64,000 nt of DNA from NCBI RefSeq assembly GCF_056746865.1, contig NZ_CM163382.1; one strand, given 5' to 3'. Below are positions 11,606-22,895 of the stretch, one piece after another. Both the position numbers and the translations under genes were made by a program. Numbering within the stretch: position 1 is the first letter of the stretch; each line of letters opens with the position of its first letter. Below the pieces are notes generated by a model. The model was not told the DNA's origin and did not search any database. It saw only the letters and a list, made by a program, of their open reading frames with translations.

Positions 11606-12961
11606 ATGATGTCTGCACCCAAAATTACATTTATCGGCGCTGGTTCGACGATTTTCGTTAAAAATATTCTTGGTGATGTGTTCCATCGCGAGGCGCTGAA
11701 AACGGCGCATATTGCCCTGATGGACATTGATCCCACCCGCCTGGAAGAGTCGCATATTGTGGTGCGCAAGCTGATGGATTCAGCAGGGGCCAGCGGCAAA
11801 ATCACCTGCCACACCCAACAGAAAGAAGCCTTACAGGATGCCGATTTTGTCGTGGTGGCATTTCAGATTGGCGGTTATGAACCTTGCACGGTGACTGATT
11901 TCGAGGTCTGTAAGCGGCATGGTCTGGAACAAACCATTGCCGATACGTTGGGGCCGGGCGGTATTATGCGCGCGCTACGTACCATTCCGCATCTGTGGCA
12001 AATTTGCGAGGACATGACGGAAGTCTGCCCCGATGCCACCATGCTCAACTACGTTAACCCAATGGCGATGAATACCTGGGCGATGTATGCCCGCTATCCG
12101 CATATCAAACAGGTAGGGCTGTGCCATTCGGTGCAGGGAACGGCGGAAGAGCTGGCGCGTGACCTCAATATCGACCCGGCTACGCTGCGTTACCGTTGCG
12201 CAGGTATCAACCATATGGCGTTTTACCTGGAACTGGAGCGCAAAACCGCCGACGGCAGTTACGTGAATCTCTACCCGGAACTGCTGGCGGCTTATGAAGC
12301 AGGGCAGGCACCGAAGCCGAATATTCATGGCAATACTCGCTGCCAGAATATTGTGCGCTATGAAATGTTCAAAAAGCTGGGCTACTTCGTCACGGAATCG
12401 TCAGAACATTTTGCTGAGTACACACCGTGGTTTATTAAGCCAGGTCGTGAGGATTTGATTGAGCGTTATAAAGTACCGCTGGATGAGTACCCGAAACGCT
12501 GCGTCGAGCAGTTGGCGAACTGGCATAAAGAGCTGGAGGAGTATAAAAACGCCTCCCGGATTGATATTAAACCGTCACGGGAATATGCCAGCACAATCAT
12601 GAACGCTATCTGGACTGGCGAGCCGAGTGTGATTTACGGCAACGTCCGTAACGATGATTTGATTGATAACCTGCCACAAGGATGTTGCGTGGAAGTAGCC
12701 TGTCTGGTTGATGCTAATGGCATTCAGCCGACCAAAGTCGGTACGCTACCTTCGCATCTGGCCGCTCTGATGCAAACCAACATCAACGTACAGACGCTGC
12801 TGACCGAAGCCATTCTTACGGAAAACCGCGACCGTGTTTACCACGCCGCGATGATGGACCCGCATACTGCCGCCGTGCTGGGCATTGACGAAATATATGC
12901 TCTTGTTGACGACCTGATTGCCGCCCACGGCGACTGGCTGCCAGGCTGGTTGCACCGTTAA
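11606..12961 (+). CDS. melA: Alpha-galactosidase MelA (GH4, NAD/Mn-dependent)
   Basis: 451-aa ORF MMSAPKITFIGAGSTIF... with Rossmann GxGS motif. Confidence 0.95.
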   Translation: MMSAPKITFIGAGSTIFVKNILGDVFHREALKTAHIALMDIDPTRLEESHIVVRKLMDSAGASGKITCHTQQKEALQDADFVVVAFQIGGYEPCTVTDFEVCKRHGLEQTIADTLGPGGIMRALRTIPHLWQICEDMTEVCPDATMLNYVNPMAMNTWAMYARYPHIKQVGLCHSVQGTAEELARDLNIDPATLRYRCAGINHMAFYLELERKTADGSYVNLYPELLAAYEAGQAPKPNIHGNTRCQNIVRYEMFKKLGYFVTESSEHFAEYTPWFIKPGREDLIERYKVPLDEYPKRCVEQLANWHKELEEYKNASRIDIKPSREYASTIMNAIWTGEPSVIYGNVRNDDLIDNLPQGCCVEVACLVDANGIQPTKVGTLPSHLAALMQTNINVQTLLTEAILTENRDRVYHAAMMDPHTAAVLGIDEIYALVDDLIAAHGDWLPGWLHR

Positions 12962-13063
12962 AACGCGACTAAACGCTACTGCGCCGGGGGATTTATTCCG
13001 GCGCACACCTCTGACGATACCAATAACAGAAGGCGGGCGTTGGTAACAACGACCCGATACCCT

Positions 13064-14485
13064 ATGAGCATTTCAATGACTACAAAACTCAGTTATGGAT
13101 TTGGAGCGTTCGGGAAGGATTTTGCGATCGGCATTGTGTATATGTACCTCATGTATTACTACACCGATGTCGTCGGGCTGTCTGTGGGTTTGGTCGGTAC
13201 TTTGTTTCTGGTGGCGAGGATCTGGGATGCTATTAACGATCCGATTATGGGATGGATTGTAAATGCTACGCGATCGCGATGGGGTAAGTTCAAACCCTGG
13301 ATCCTGATCGGTACGTTGGCAAACTCTGTAATCTTATTTCTCCTCTTTAGTGCGCATCTGTTTGAAGGTACTACTCAGATTGTCTTTGTTTGCGTGACCT
13401 ACATCCTCTGGGGCATGACTTACACCATTATGGATATTCCCTTCTGGTCGCTGGTTCCAACCATAACGCTCGATAAACGTGAGCGCGAACAACTGGTTCC
13501 TTATCCGCGTTTTTTTGCCAGTCTGGCGGGCTTTGTTACGGCAGGTGTGACGCTACCATTTGTTAATTATGTCGGCGGTGGCGATCGGGGATTTGGCTTT
13601 CAGATGTTCACTCTGGTACTGATCGCCTTTTTTATTGTTTCAACCATCATCACTCTGCGCAATGTGCATGAAGTCTTTTCGTCAGACAATCAACCGTCTG
13701 CTGAAGGAAGCCATCTGACACTTAAAGCCATCGTTGCGCTTATTTATAAAAACGATCAGCTTTCATGCCTCTTGGGTATGGCTCTTGCTTATAATGTAGC
13801 CAGCAATATTATTACCGGCTTTGCTATCTATTATTTCTCATATGTTATCGGTGATGCGGATTTGTTCCCCTATTATCTGTCGTATGCGGGAGCTGCTAAC
13901 CTGGTGACGTTAGTATTCTTCCCACGCTTAGTTAAATCATTATCCCGACGCATTTTATGGGCCGGAGCATCTATTCTTCCGGTGTTAAGCTGTGGTGTTC
14001 TCCTGTTAATGGCATTAATGAGCTATCACAACGTCGTCCTCATTGTGATTGCGGGTATCTTGCTGAATGTGGGAACGGCGCTTTTCTGGGTATTACAGGT
14101 CATCATGGTGGCAGATACCGTTGATTACGGTGAATATAAACTGCACGTACGCTGTGAAAGCATCGCTTACTCCGTGCAGACTATGGTGGTGAAGGGCGGT
14201 TCAGCCTTTGCGGCTTTTTTCATTGCGGTTGTGTTAGGGATGATTGGCTATGTACCGAATGTTGAACAGTCTACGCAAGCCCTATTAGGTATGCAGTTTA
14301 TTATGATTGCTCTACCGACTCTGTTTTTCATGGTAACGCTGATTCTCTACTTCCGTTTCTATCGCCTCAATGGTGACACGCTGCGCAGGATCCAGATCCA
14401 TCTGCTGGATAAATATCGCAAAGTACCGCCCGAGCCTGTTCATGCTGATATTCCGGTCGGTGCAGTGAGTGATGTGAAAGCCTGA
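13064..14485 (+). CDS. melB: Melibiose:cation symporter MelB
   Basis: ORF 13040..14485; start trimmed to [20 protein letters not shown] matching recalled 473-aa MelB. Confidence 0.93.
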   Translation: MSISMTTKLSYGFGAFGKDFAIGIVYMYLMYYYTDVVGLSVGLVGTLFLVARIWDAINDPIMGWIVNATRSRWGKFKPWILIGTLANSVILFLLFSAHLFEGTTQIVFVCVTYILWGMTYTIMDIPFWSLVPTITLDKREREQLVPYPRFFASLAGFVTAGVTLPFVNYVGGGDRGFGFQMFTLVLIAFFIVSTIITLRNVHEVFSSDNQPSAEGSHLTLKAIVALIYKNDQLSCLLGMALAYNVASNIITGFAIYYFSYVIGDADLFPYYLSYAGAANLVTLVFFPRLVKSLSRRILWAGASILPVLSCGVLLLMALMSYHNVVLIVIAGILLNVGTALFWVLQVIMVADTVDYGEYKLHVRCESIAYSVQTMVVKGGSAFAAFFIAVVLGMIGYVPNVEQSTQALLGMQFIMIALPTLFFMVTLILYFRFYRLNGDTLRRIQIHLLDKYRKVPPEPVHADIPVGAVSDVKA

Positions 14486-14570
14486 CGTGGACAATAGCTA
14501 ACGAAAATGGCCTGATGCGATATGTTTATCAGGCCATGTCTTAATGTAATGCTTTGGATTTGCAAATTTT

Positions 14571-14612
14571 GTAGACCGGATAAGGAATTCACGCCGCATC
14601 CGGCGTCAACAA
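14571..14612. repeat. REP (repetitive extragenic palindromic) element
   Basis: gtagaccggataaggaattcacgccgcatccggcgtcaac resembles REP consensus; intergenic between convergent melB and yjdF. Confidence 0.5.
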
Positions 14613-14623
14613 AGCGCACGTTG

Positions 14624-15253
14624 TTATCCGGTTATCAAGCCAAAGCGCCGTAGCTGGCGGCAATGAAAGCGAGCGAGAAATATCACCGTCGTTAATGCGC
14701 CAAGCAGCGCGCAGAACATATCGGATTGCGTGTCCCACTGGTCGCCCTGGGTGCCGAGAAAATCATCCGCTCCCTGGCCCATTGCCAGCGCCGCCCACCA
14801 CTCGATTAATTCATACATCGCGCTTATCGCCAGCGCCACGCAGCAGACCAGAAACGCCACCATCTTATGTCCGCGAACGTACATCCCGCGCACAAGGATC
14901 TCTCGTGCCACCAGTGCAGGCACCAGCCCCTGGAAAAAATGCCCCAGTTTGTCATACGGATTACGGCTCAACCCCAGCCATTCCTGCACCTCAAAACCAA
15001 CGGGGACTTTCGCGTAGGTGTATTGTCCGCCGACCATCAGGATGATGGCGTGAAAGAAAATGAGCGTATAGAGCAGCGGCGTTAACGGATAACGTCTGGC
15101 GGTGGCAAGCAGTAGCGGCACGACAATAATCACCGGTGTCACTTCCATCAGCCAGGTGAGTTTGTCATGGGCCGAAATGCCGGTATAAATCAGGATTAAC
15201 GTTAGCGTCAGTGCGCTGGTGTTAAGAATTAACGGCTTGAGTGTGCGGGTCAT
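14624..15253 (-). CDS. yjdF: Inner membrane protein YjdF
   Basis: 209-aa hydrophobic ORF in K-12 position. Confidence 0.9.
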   Translation of the reverse strand: MTRTLKPLILNTSALTLTLILIYTGISAHDKLTWLMEVTPVIIVVPLLLATARRYPLTPLLYTLIFFHAIILMVGGQYTYAKVPVGFEVQEWLGLSRNPYDKLGHFFQGLVPALVAREILVRGMYVRGHKMVAFLVCCVALAISAMYELIEWWAALAMGQGADDFLGTQGDQWDTQSDMFCALLGALTTVIFLARFHCRQLRRFGLITG

Positions 15254-15375
15254 GGTGAGTTCGCAAGTCAGGGAAAATACTGACTATTCACCAGCAAGCG
15301 TGAAATTACAATCGCAAAAGAGGTGGCCCAGGGGGATCACCTGGCAGCATGCTGCCAGGCGCTGGGCCGAAGAGG

Positions 15376-17022
15376 TTACTTAGTGCAGTTCGCGCACTGT
15401 TTGTTGACGATTTGCTGGAAGAAGTCGTTGCCTTTGTCATCGACCAGGATAAACGCCGGGAAATCTTCTACTTCGATTTTCCAGATAGCTTCCATACCCA
15501 GCTCCGGATAAGCGACGCATTCCAGATGCTTGATGCTCTGCTGCGCCAGTACCGCCGCCGGACCGCCGATGCTACCGAGGTAGAAGCCGCCGTGTTTATG
15601 ACACGCGTCGGTAACCTGCTGACTGCGGTTACCTTTCGCCAGCATGATCATGCTGCCGCCGTGGGATTGCAGCAGATCCACGTAGGAGTCCATACGACCT
15701 GCGGTGGTTGGGCCAAGTGAACCTGATGGATAACCGGCAGGGGTTTTCGCCGGACCCGCGTAGTAGATCGGGTGATCTTTGATGTACTGCGGCAGTTCTT
15801 TACCGGCGTCAATCAGCTCTTTCAGCTTGGCGTGTGCAATATCTCGGCCCACGATAATGGTGCCGGTGAGCGACAAACGAGTGGATACCGGATATTGCGA
15901 AAGCTGGGCGAGGATCTCTTTCATCGGGCGGTTAAGGTCGACCTTCACCGCTTCGCCTTCACCGGCCTGGCGCAGTTCTTGTGGAATGTACTGGCCTGGA
16001 TTGCGTTCCAGTTTTTCGATCCAGATACCTTCGCGGTTGATTTTCGCTTTAATGTTACGGTCAGCGGAGCAGGAGACGCCCATGCCTACCGGGCAGGATG
16101 CGCCGTGACGTGGCAGACGGATAACGCGAATGTCGTGCGCGAAGTATTTACCACCAAACTGCGCGCCAAGACCGAGTTTCTGGGCCTCTTCCAGCAGTTC
16201 CTGTTCCAGCTGGACATCGCGGAACGCCTGACCATGTTCGTTCCCTTCCGTCGGCAGTTCATCATAATAGTGAGCGCTTGCTAACTTGACGGTTTTCAGG
16301 TTGGTTTCCGCAGACGTACCGCCAATCACAAACGCGATATGGTACGGCGGGCAGGCTGCCGTACCGAGGGTACGCATTTTCTCAACGAGGAAGTTTTTCA
16401 GTTTGCCGGGAGTCAGCAGGGCTTTGGTTTCCTGGTAGAGATAGGTTTTGTTGGCAGAGCCGCCGCCTTTAGCAACACAGAGGAATTTGTACTCATCGCC
16501 ATCTACCGCGTACAGGTCGATTTGCGCAGGCAGGTTAGTGCCGGTGTTGACCTCTTTGTACATGTCCAGCGCCGCGTTTTGCGAGTAGCGCAGGTTATCC
16601 TCGATATAGGTGTTATAGACGCCTTTCGACAGCGCTTCTTCATCACCGCCACCGGTCCACACGCGCTGGCCTTTTTTACCGACGATGATCGCGGTGCCGG
16701 TATCCTGGCAGGTCGGCAGCACGCCTTTGGCGGCGATTTCGGAGTTTCTTAAGAATTGCAGCGCCACGTACTTGTCGTTTTCGCTGGCTTCTGGATCGTG
16801 AAGAATAGCCGCAACCTGTTTCTGGTGTGCCGGACGGAGCATGAAAGAAGCGTCGTGAAAGGCTTGCTGCGCCAGCAGGGTCAGGGCTTCTGGTTCCACT
16901 TTCAGAATGGTTTCGCCGTCGAAGTCGGCAACGCTAACGTAATCGGAAGTGAGTAGATAGTATTCGGTATTGTCTTTCCCCATCGGGAAAGGTGCCTGGT
17001 AGATAAAGGGTTTGTTTGACAT
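15376..17022 (-). CDS. fumB: Class I fumarate hydratase FumB (anaerobic)
   Basis: 548-aa ORF, Fe-S fumarase family; upstream dcuB as in K-12. Confidence 0.95.
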   Translation of the reverse strand: MSNKPFIYQAPFPMGKDNTEYYLLTSDYVSVADFDGETILKVEPEALTLLAQQAFHDASFMLRPAHQKQVAAILHDPEASENDKYVALQFLRNSEIAAKGVLPTCQDTGTAIIVGKKGQRVWTGGGDEEALSKGVYNTYIEDNLRYSQNAALDMYKEVNTGTNLPAQIDLYAVDGDEYKFLCVAKGGGSANKTYLYQETKALLTPGKLKNFLVEKMRTLGTAACPPYHIAFVIGGTSAETNLKTVKLASAHYYDELPTEGNEHGQAFRDVQLEQELLEEAQKLGLGAQFGGKYFAHDIRVIRLPRHGASCPVGMGVSCSADRNIKAKINREGIWIEKLERNPGQYIPQELRQAGEGEAVKVDLNRPMKEILAQLSQYPVSTRLSLTGTIIVGRDIAHAKLKELIDAGKELPQYIKDHPIYYAGPAKTPAGYPSGSLGPTTAGRMDSYVDLLQSHGGSMIMLAKGNRSQQVTDACHKHGGFYLGSIGGPAAVLAQQSIKHLECVAYPELGMEAIWKIEVEDFPAFILVDDKGNDFFQQIVNKQCANCTK

Positions 17023-17099
17023 AGCTTCCAGCCTGTAACTCTGTATTTGTTATTCGAAAATGGCGTGCCGCGTAGTCACGGGCGGCACGCAAAGTGCAT

Positions 17100-18440
17100 T
17101 TATAAGAACCCGTACATCGCGGCGAAGATCCAGCCGAAGACGCACGATACGCTCACACCAATCAACCCCGGCAGAATAAAGCTGTGGTTGATGACGAAGC
17201 GACCGATGTGGGTGGTGCCGGAACGGTCAAACTGAATCGCTGCCAGATCGCTCGGATAAGTCGGCAGGATGTAATAACCGTAGCAAGCCGGTGCTGAAGC
17301 CACGATGTATGCTGGATCAACGCCGATCGCCAGCGCGACCGGAACAATCGCCGCCAGCGCCGCAGCCTGAGAGTTTACAAACTTAGAAACCAGCAGCAGA
17401 ACAATGGCATAGGCCCACGGATACTCTTTCACCATTTCACCCAGTACGCCCTGAATTTCAGACATATGCGCACCGAACATGGTTTCTGCCATCCATGCGA
17501 TACCGTACACCGCCACGATGGCGATCATACCGGAACGGAAGACTTCGTTTTTTGAGATAGACGCGGGATTGGTTTTGGTCAGGATAATAATCAGCGCCCC
17601 GGTAAGCAGCATAAACATCTGAATAACCAGTACCATCGACAGCGGTTTGCCACCGAAGGATGGACGCAGGTCCGAATCAGCACCAAGAAGTGCGACTACA
17701 GCGATTGCCCCGAGGAAGATCCACATTGCAAGCCAGTTGCTTTTCGGCAGTTTTTTATCGAGCAGCGTCGCGGTATCACCGTAAACATACTCACGGTTTT
17801 CCGGTACGGAGATGAATTTCTGGAACTCTTCGTCTTTATCCAGATCTTTACCGCGGAACCAGCTGAAGATACCGATCGCCAGGATACCGATTAACGTCGA
17901 TGGAATGGTGATTGCCAGCAGGTCGAGGAACTCAAGATGGCGACCATCAAAGGTGACATTACCCAGCATTGCAACCAGAGACACGACCGCAACCGACACC
18001 GGACTGGCGATAATCCCCATCTGTGCACCGATAGAACTTGCCGCCATCGGGCGTTCCGGACGGATGTTGTTCTTAATGGCGACGTCGTAGATGATCGGCA
18101 GAATGGTGTAAACCACATGACCCGTACCGCAAAGAATGGTCAGCGTACAGGTCACAAACGGCGCGACAATTGAGACATATTTCGGGTTGCGGCGCAGCAG
18201 CTTCTCGGCAATTTGCAGCATGACATCAAGACCGCCCGAAGCTTGCAAGGTCGCCGATGCCGCCACCACCGCAATGATAACCAGCATGACATCAACCGGT
18301 GGTTTACCTGGCTGAAGGTGGAAGACGAAGACCAGAATGACCAGACCGATACCGCCTAATAAACCCAGCGCGATACCACCCTTTCTGGCACCATAAAACA
18401 GACATATCAGTATTATGATAAGTTGGATAGTAAATAACAT
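17100..18440 (-). CDS. dcuB: Anaerobic C4-dicarboxylate transporter DcuB
   Basis: 446-aa polytopic membrane ORF; K-12 synteny. Confidence 0.95.
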
Positions 18441-19010
18441 GTGTGAACCCTCGCGATAATCCTATTTAAATTTTTGCTGAATAGATCACAGTCACGTTCT
18501 GTTTTGTATGAACTGTTTTCAGAGCCTGACTAAATATCCGTTTGGTCGTTACCGGCTTTAGCAAATACCTCACAGTGAATATTGGCTGATTAAAGCAGCG
18601 GCAAATTTATGCACTGTGATAAGCGGCTTTTTCAGAGAGAAAAACTCTCTGGCGATGGGTTTATAGTTTGTACTGCGCAGATGTTAATGTTTTGTTTGCT
18701 GTTATCTTATTGATATTTATCGGTCTATTTTTTGTTCTCAGGGCAGATATCATTAGGTTTATAGATTAATCTGATCTACCCATTTGTGGGTAAAAATACA
18801 CATAATGCGGGTGACATAATAGTTAATTAACTTTTGTTAGCGTTTTGAAATTAAAAACACCGTTCATCTGAAGAGATATTAATTTTTAACGATGATGGAG
18901 GGATAATTATATTTGATCTGGCACAAGTTTTACTGATGAAGAATGTAACTTGTGCCAGGGGTATTTTGCATTACGGTAATAATTATTACTTACAGATAAC
19001 CAGCGATCCG

Positions 19011-19730
19011 TTATTGGCAATATTGTTTCAGCAGTGAGTAGTGTTCTGCCTGAATACGGTAACGGTAAACCGGACGCCCTGTGACGCCATAATGGATACT
19101 GGTGAACAAGATGTGGCAGTTGACCAGCCAGATGAGGTATTTTCGGCAGGAAACACGCGAGATGTTAACCTCGTTAGCCAGCTCGTCGGTTGAAAACTCA
19201 TAGTCCTGATGCGCGTCAATCCACTGGCACAGCGTGCGTAACGTCTGCGGCGTTAAGCCTTTTGGCAAGCGACGAGGATCCTGCTCGTTGGAGCTGCTGC
19301 CGTGGATTAGCTGATCAAGCTCGGCCTGGTCATAATACTGATGTTTTTCCAGCGCCATTTTCTTTTGCCGCCAGCCGGTGAGCGCCTCTTCAAAGCGGGA
19401 AGCCTGGAAGGGTTTGATCAGGTAATCCACAACACCGTAATGCAGGGAATCTTTAATGGTTGCCGCATCGGCTGCGGAGGAGATGACAATCACATCACTT
19501 TTGCAACGCGCGTTATGCAGGACAGGCAGTAAATCGAGCCCGTTCTCTTTTTGCATATAGATATCGAGCAATATCAGGTCGATAGGCGTATCGCTATTGA
19601 AGATAATCTCTTTGGCTTTCTCCAGCGTCGAGGCTGTTCCACAGCATTGAAAGCCTGGGATTTGTGCTACGTATCGGCGATTCAGCTCCGCGACCATTGC
19701 GTCGTCATCGATAATTAATACATTGATCAT
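19011..19730 (-). CDS. dcuR: Response regulator DcuR
   Basis: 239-aa ORF MINVLIIDDDAMV..., receiver domain; 4-bp overlap with dcuS. Confidence 0.95.
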   Translation of the reverse strand: MINVLIIDDDAMVAELNRRYVAQIPGFQCCGTASTLEKAKEIIFNSDTPIDLILLDIYMQKENGLDLLPVLHNARCKSDVIVISSAADAATIKDSLHYGVVDYLIKPFQASRFEEALTGWRQKKMALEKHQYYDQAELDQLIHGSSSNEQDPRRLPKGLTPQTLRTLCQWIDAHQDYEFSTDELANEVNISRVSCRKYLIWLVNCHILFTSIHYGVTGRPVYRYRIQAEHYSLLKQYCQ

Positions 19731-21358
19731 CTGTTCGACCTCTCCCCGTCCCAGGGTATCTGGACAAAAAATTGTGTGAAAATCCCGGGTTCCGATTCCA
19801 CGGCGATGCTGCCGCCGAGATTTTCTACCTGTTGTTTGACAAGTGCTAAACCGACGCCTCGCTCGCTTCCTTTTGTCGAGACACCTTTGTCAAAAATGTG
19901 ATCGATTTTGTCGGGTGCGATCCCCGGTCCATCATCGTTAACTTCACAGTGCAGCCAGCCGTGACGGTAGTGCAATGTTACGCTAATTTCGCCTCCGGGT
20001 TCCGGCCCTAATGCTTCCAGCGCGTTTTCTATCAGATTTCCCAATGTGGTAATCAGCGTCGCGACCTGGTCCTCACTGCCGCTGTCTGGCAGTTGGCTTT
20101 CACTGTTTAAAATCAGCGTATGGCCTAAATCGGTCGCGCGGTTAATCTTGCTGATTAAAAAACCAGCGATAACCGGAGATTTGATCTTACCCAGCAGAGA
20201 GCCAATCTCTTCCTGATAGTTATTGGCTGTTTTGAGAATGTAATCTTCCAACTGCTTATAACTCTTCAGATGCAATAATCCGAGAATCACATGCAATTTA
20301 TTCATAAATTCGTGGGATCGTTCACGAAGTGCGTCAGCATAGTTGACCAGACCGTCGAGTCGCTGCATCAGTTTACGTACTTCAGTTTTGTCTCTGAAGG
20401 TTGAAATGGCACCGATGATAACGCCATTACTGCGCACCGGAACGGTGTTGATCAGTAATAGCCGGTCTTTAATCGTAATCTCTTCGTCGCGGCGCGGCGT
20501 ACCGTCGCGTAACACTTCCGAGACATCTACTACCTGTGACCACGAGTGGCTTAGCGTCGACAGCTTCTCATCGTCCTGCGACTTACGGTAATTCAGCAAT
20601 TCTTGTGCGGCATCGTTGATCAGCGTGACTTCACCGCGATCGTCCACGGCAACGACGCCTTCTTTGATGGACTGCAACATGGCCTGGCGCTGCTCAAACA
20701 GCGTGGAGATTTCGTAGGGTTCCAGGCCAAAAAGAATTTTTTTCAGTACTTTAACCAGAATGCAGGTGCCAATCAGTCCGACCAGCATGCCAAATAATAC
20801 CGACCAGATAATGCTCCAGCGACTGTCATTGATCTGTTGGGTCACGCGGCTTAACTCAAGGCCGATCGCCACCACGCCAATTTGCTTATGATTTTCATCG
20901 TAGATGGGGGTAAATACGCGTAAAGCCTGCGCCAGAAAACCGCGATTGATAGCGACATTTTCTTCGCCATTCAGCGCTTTAAGGATGTCATCACCTTTAA
21001 ATGGCTGACCAATACGCTGGGCTTCAGGATGCGAGTAGCGAAGACTTTGCATATCGGTAACGACAATAAACAGCAGATCGTTGCGTTTGCGCACGGCTTC
21101 CGCGATGGCCTGGATGCCGCTCTCCTGCGGTTTTTTCTGCAAGCCCTGACGGATTTCCGGCGAGTCGGCGAGGGTACGCGCCACCGCCAGTGCCTTGTTG
21201 GCTAGCCCGTCTCGCGTCATATCACTGATTTGCGAGAAGTAAATCAGATGCACCACCAATAGCACCGAGAACAGTACCGCGCTGACCATTAAGATCACAG
21301 TGGTACTCAATTTCATCGGACGTTTGCGTAACATGCGGTAGGGCAATGAATGTCTCAT
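19727..21358 (-). CDS. dcuS: Sensor histidine kinase DcuS
   Basis: 543-aa ORF with two TM segments, periplasmic PAS-like domain and kinase core. Confidence 0.95.
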   Translation of the reverse strand: MRHSLPYRMLRKRPMKLSTTVILMVSAVLFSVLLVVHLIYFSQISDMTRDGLANKALAVARTLADSPEIRQGLQKKPQESGIQAIAEAVRKRNDLLFIVVTDMQSLRYSHPEAQRIGQPFKGDDILKALNGEENVAINRGFLAQALRVFTPIYDENHKQIGVVAIGLELSRVTQQINDSRWSIIWSVLFGMLVGLIGTCILVKVLKKILFGLEPYEISTLFEQRQAMLQSIKEGVVAVDDRGEVTLINDAAQELLNYRKSQDDEKLSTLSHSWSQVVDVSEVLRDGTPRRDEEITIKDRLLLINTVPVRSNGVIIGAISTFRDKTEVRKLMQRLDGLVNYADALRERSHEFMNKLHVILGLLHLKSYKQLEDYILKTANNYQEEIGSLLGKIKSPVIAGFLISKINRATDLGHTLILNSESQLPDSGSEDQVATLITTLGNLIENALEALGPEPGGEISVTLHYRHGWLHCEVNDDGPGIAPDKIDHIFDKGVSTKGSERGVGLALVKQQVENLGGSIAVESEPGIFTQFFVQIPWDGERSNR

Positions 21359-21538
21359 CAGCTTCCTTGTGTGACAAATTTCTTAAGCATTATCTCTGAT
21401 GAGGCGGGTAATTCAAAGGGAGTAAGAATGATTGGCTATATAGGGGAAGAGATTCTGGCAACGGAAACTGCCAGTGCTGTATGAAGATTCCAGGGCTATG
21501 CTTATAGTGAAAACCATACTGATGAGAGAGGGAAGGTC

Positions 21539-21769
21539 ATGGATCGGGCGCTACTGGACGGGGGTTATCGCTGTTATACCGGCGAAAAGATCGATGTCTA
21601 TTTCAATACTGCGATATGTCAGCATTCTGGCAATTGCGTACGTGGCAACGGCAAGTTATTTAATCTCAAACGTAAGCCGTGGATCATGCCGGATGAAGTC
21701 GACGTCGCCACTGTGGTGAAAGTGATTGATACGTGCCCGAGTGGCGCGCTGAAATACCGTCATAAATAA
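21539..21769 (+). CDS. yjdI: Zinc-ribbon family protein YjdI
   Basis: 76-aa ORF with Cys clusters; K-12 position upstream of yjdJ. Confidence 0.85.
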   Translation: MDRALLDGGYRCYTGEKIDVYFNTAICQHSGNCVRGNGKLFNLKRKPWIMPDEVDVATVVKVIDTCPSGALKYRHK

Positions 21770-21780
21770 GCGAGGGTAAA

Positions 21781-22116
21781 ATGGAAATACGCGAAGGCCA
21801 CAATAAATTTTACATTAATGACGAACAGGGCAAGCAAATCGCTGAAATTGTCTTTGTGCCGACCGGAGAGAATTTAGCGATTATCGAACATACCGATGTC
21901 GATGAAAGCCTGAAAGGGCAAGGGATTGGTAAACAGCTGGTTGCGAAAGTCGTGGAAAAAATGCGTCGGGAAATCGAAAAATTATCCCATTATGTCCATT
22001 TGCGAAACACGAATTTGATAAAACGCGGGAGTATGATGATATTCGCAGTTGATGGGAGAGTACAGAGTCACGATATTTTTCATGCTCTCCGCGGGGTGAT
22101 GCAGGAGAGCATCTGA
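21781..22116 (+). CDS. yjdJ: GNAT-family acetyltransferase YjdJ, C-terminal region apparently frameshifted relative to the K-12 form
   Basis: First 64 aa match recalled YjdJ; the K-12-type C-terminus ([24 protein letters not shown]) is encoded in a different frame downstream of an A-run near 21970-21985, giving a 111-aa product here instead of 90 aa. Confidence 0.6.
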
Positions 22117-22280
22117 AGGGTAGGGGGATGCACAAAGAATGGTCAGAGAGCGCGTTTTTTTGTCCCAAGTCATCCCCTTTACTGAGCAAAAAAAAAAGAA
22201 TATCTCCTATATGAGAATCATCGATCGGGGTTAATAAGTTTTGCGTCCCCAGAGCGTTTAAAATTGATAGGAGTCATATT

Positions 22281-22577
22281 ATGGAAGGTAAAAACAAGTT
22301 CAATACTTATGTTGTTTCTTTTGATTATCCATCATCTTATTCCTCAGTGTTCTTAAGGTTAAGATCATTGATGTATGATATGAATTTCTCCTCTATCGTG
22401 GCTGATGAATATGGGATACCACGACAATTGAATGAAAATTCCTTCGCAATAACGACATCGTTAGCCGCAAGTGAAATCGAAGATTTAATCAGGCTTAAAT
22501 GCTTAGACTTACCGGATATTGATTTTGACCTCAACATTATGACCGTTGATGACTATTTCCGTCAGTTTTACAAGTAG
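22281..22577 (+). CDS. ghoS: Type V antitoxin GhoS (endoribonuclease)
   Basis: 98-aa ORF MEGKNKFNTYVVSFDYPSSY... matching recalled GhoS. Confidence 0.9.
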   Translation: MEGKNKFNTYVVSFDYPSSYSSVFLRLRSLMYDMNFSSIVADEYGIPRQLNENSFAITTSLAASEIEDLIRLKCLDLPDIDFDLNIMTVDDYFRQFYK

Positions 22578-22604
22578 CCAGGAAGGATAAGAAGAACATA
22601 AAAA

Positions 22605-22778
22605 ATGGCACTATTCTCTAAAATATTAATTTTTTATGTGATTGGTGTGAACATATCCTTTGTCATTATCTGGTTTATCTCACATGAGAAAACACATATT
22701 CGTTTACTTAGTGCATTCCTGGTAGGAATAACCTGGCCAATGAGTCTGCCTGTGGCATTACTTTTTTCTCTCTTTTAG
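22605..22778 (+). CDS. ghoT: Type V toxin GhoT (small membrane-lytic peptide)
   Basis: Hand translation MALFSKILIFYVIGVNISFVIIWFISHEKTHIRLLSAFLVGITWPMSLPVALLFSLF (57 aa), below the 60-aa ORF-track cutoff; immediately downstream of ghoS. Confidence 0.85.
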   Translation: MALFSKILIFYVIGVNISFVIIWFISHEKTHIRLLSAFLVGITWPMSLPVALLFSLF

Positions 22779-22895
22779 GAGCTGTAGTTGAGTGGACCCG
22801 CTGGTTATCTTGAAACGAAGCGTCTCTCCTCAAAACTGGATTTGCGGAACGACGAACGAAGCAGTCGCCTGACTGCTTCGTTCATTTAGTGAAAT

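Noticed and set aside
14695-15045. 116-aa Pro/Arg-rich plus-strand ORF inside yjdF
   Set aside because: Antisense to yjdF with low-complexity composition.
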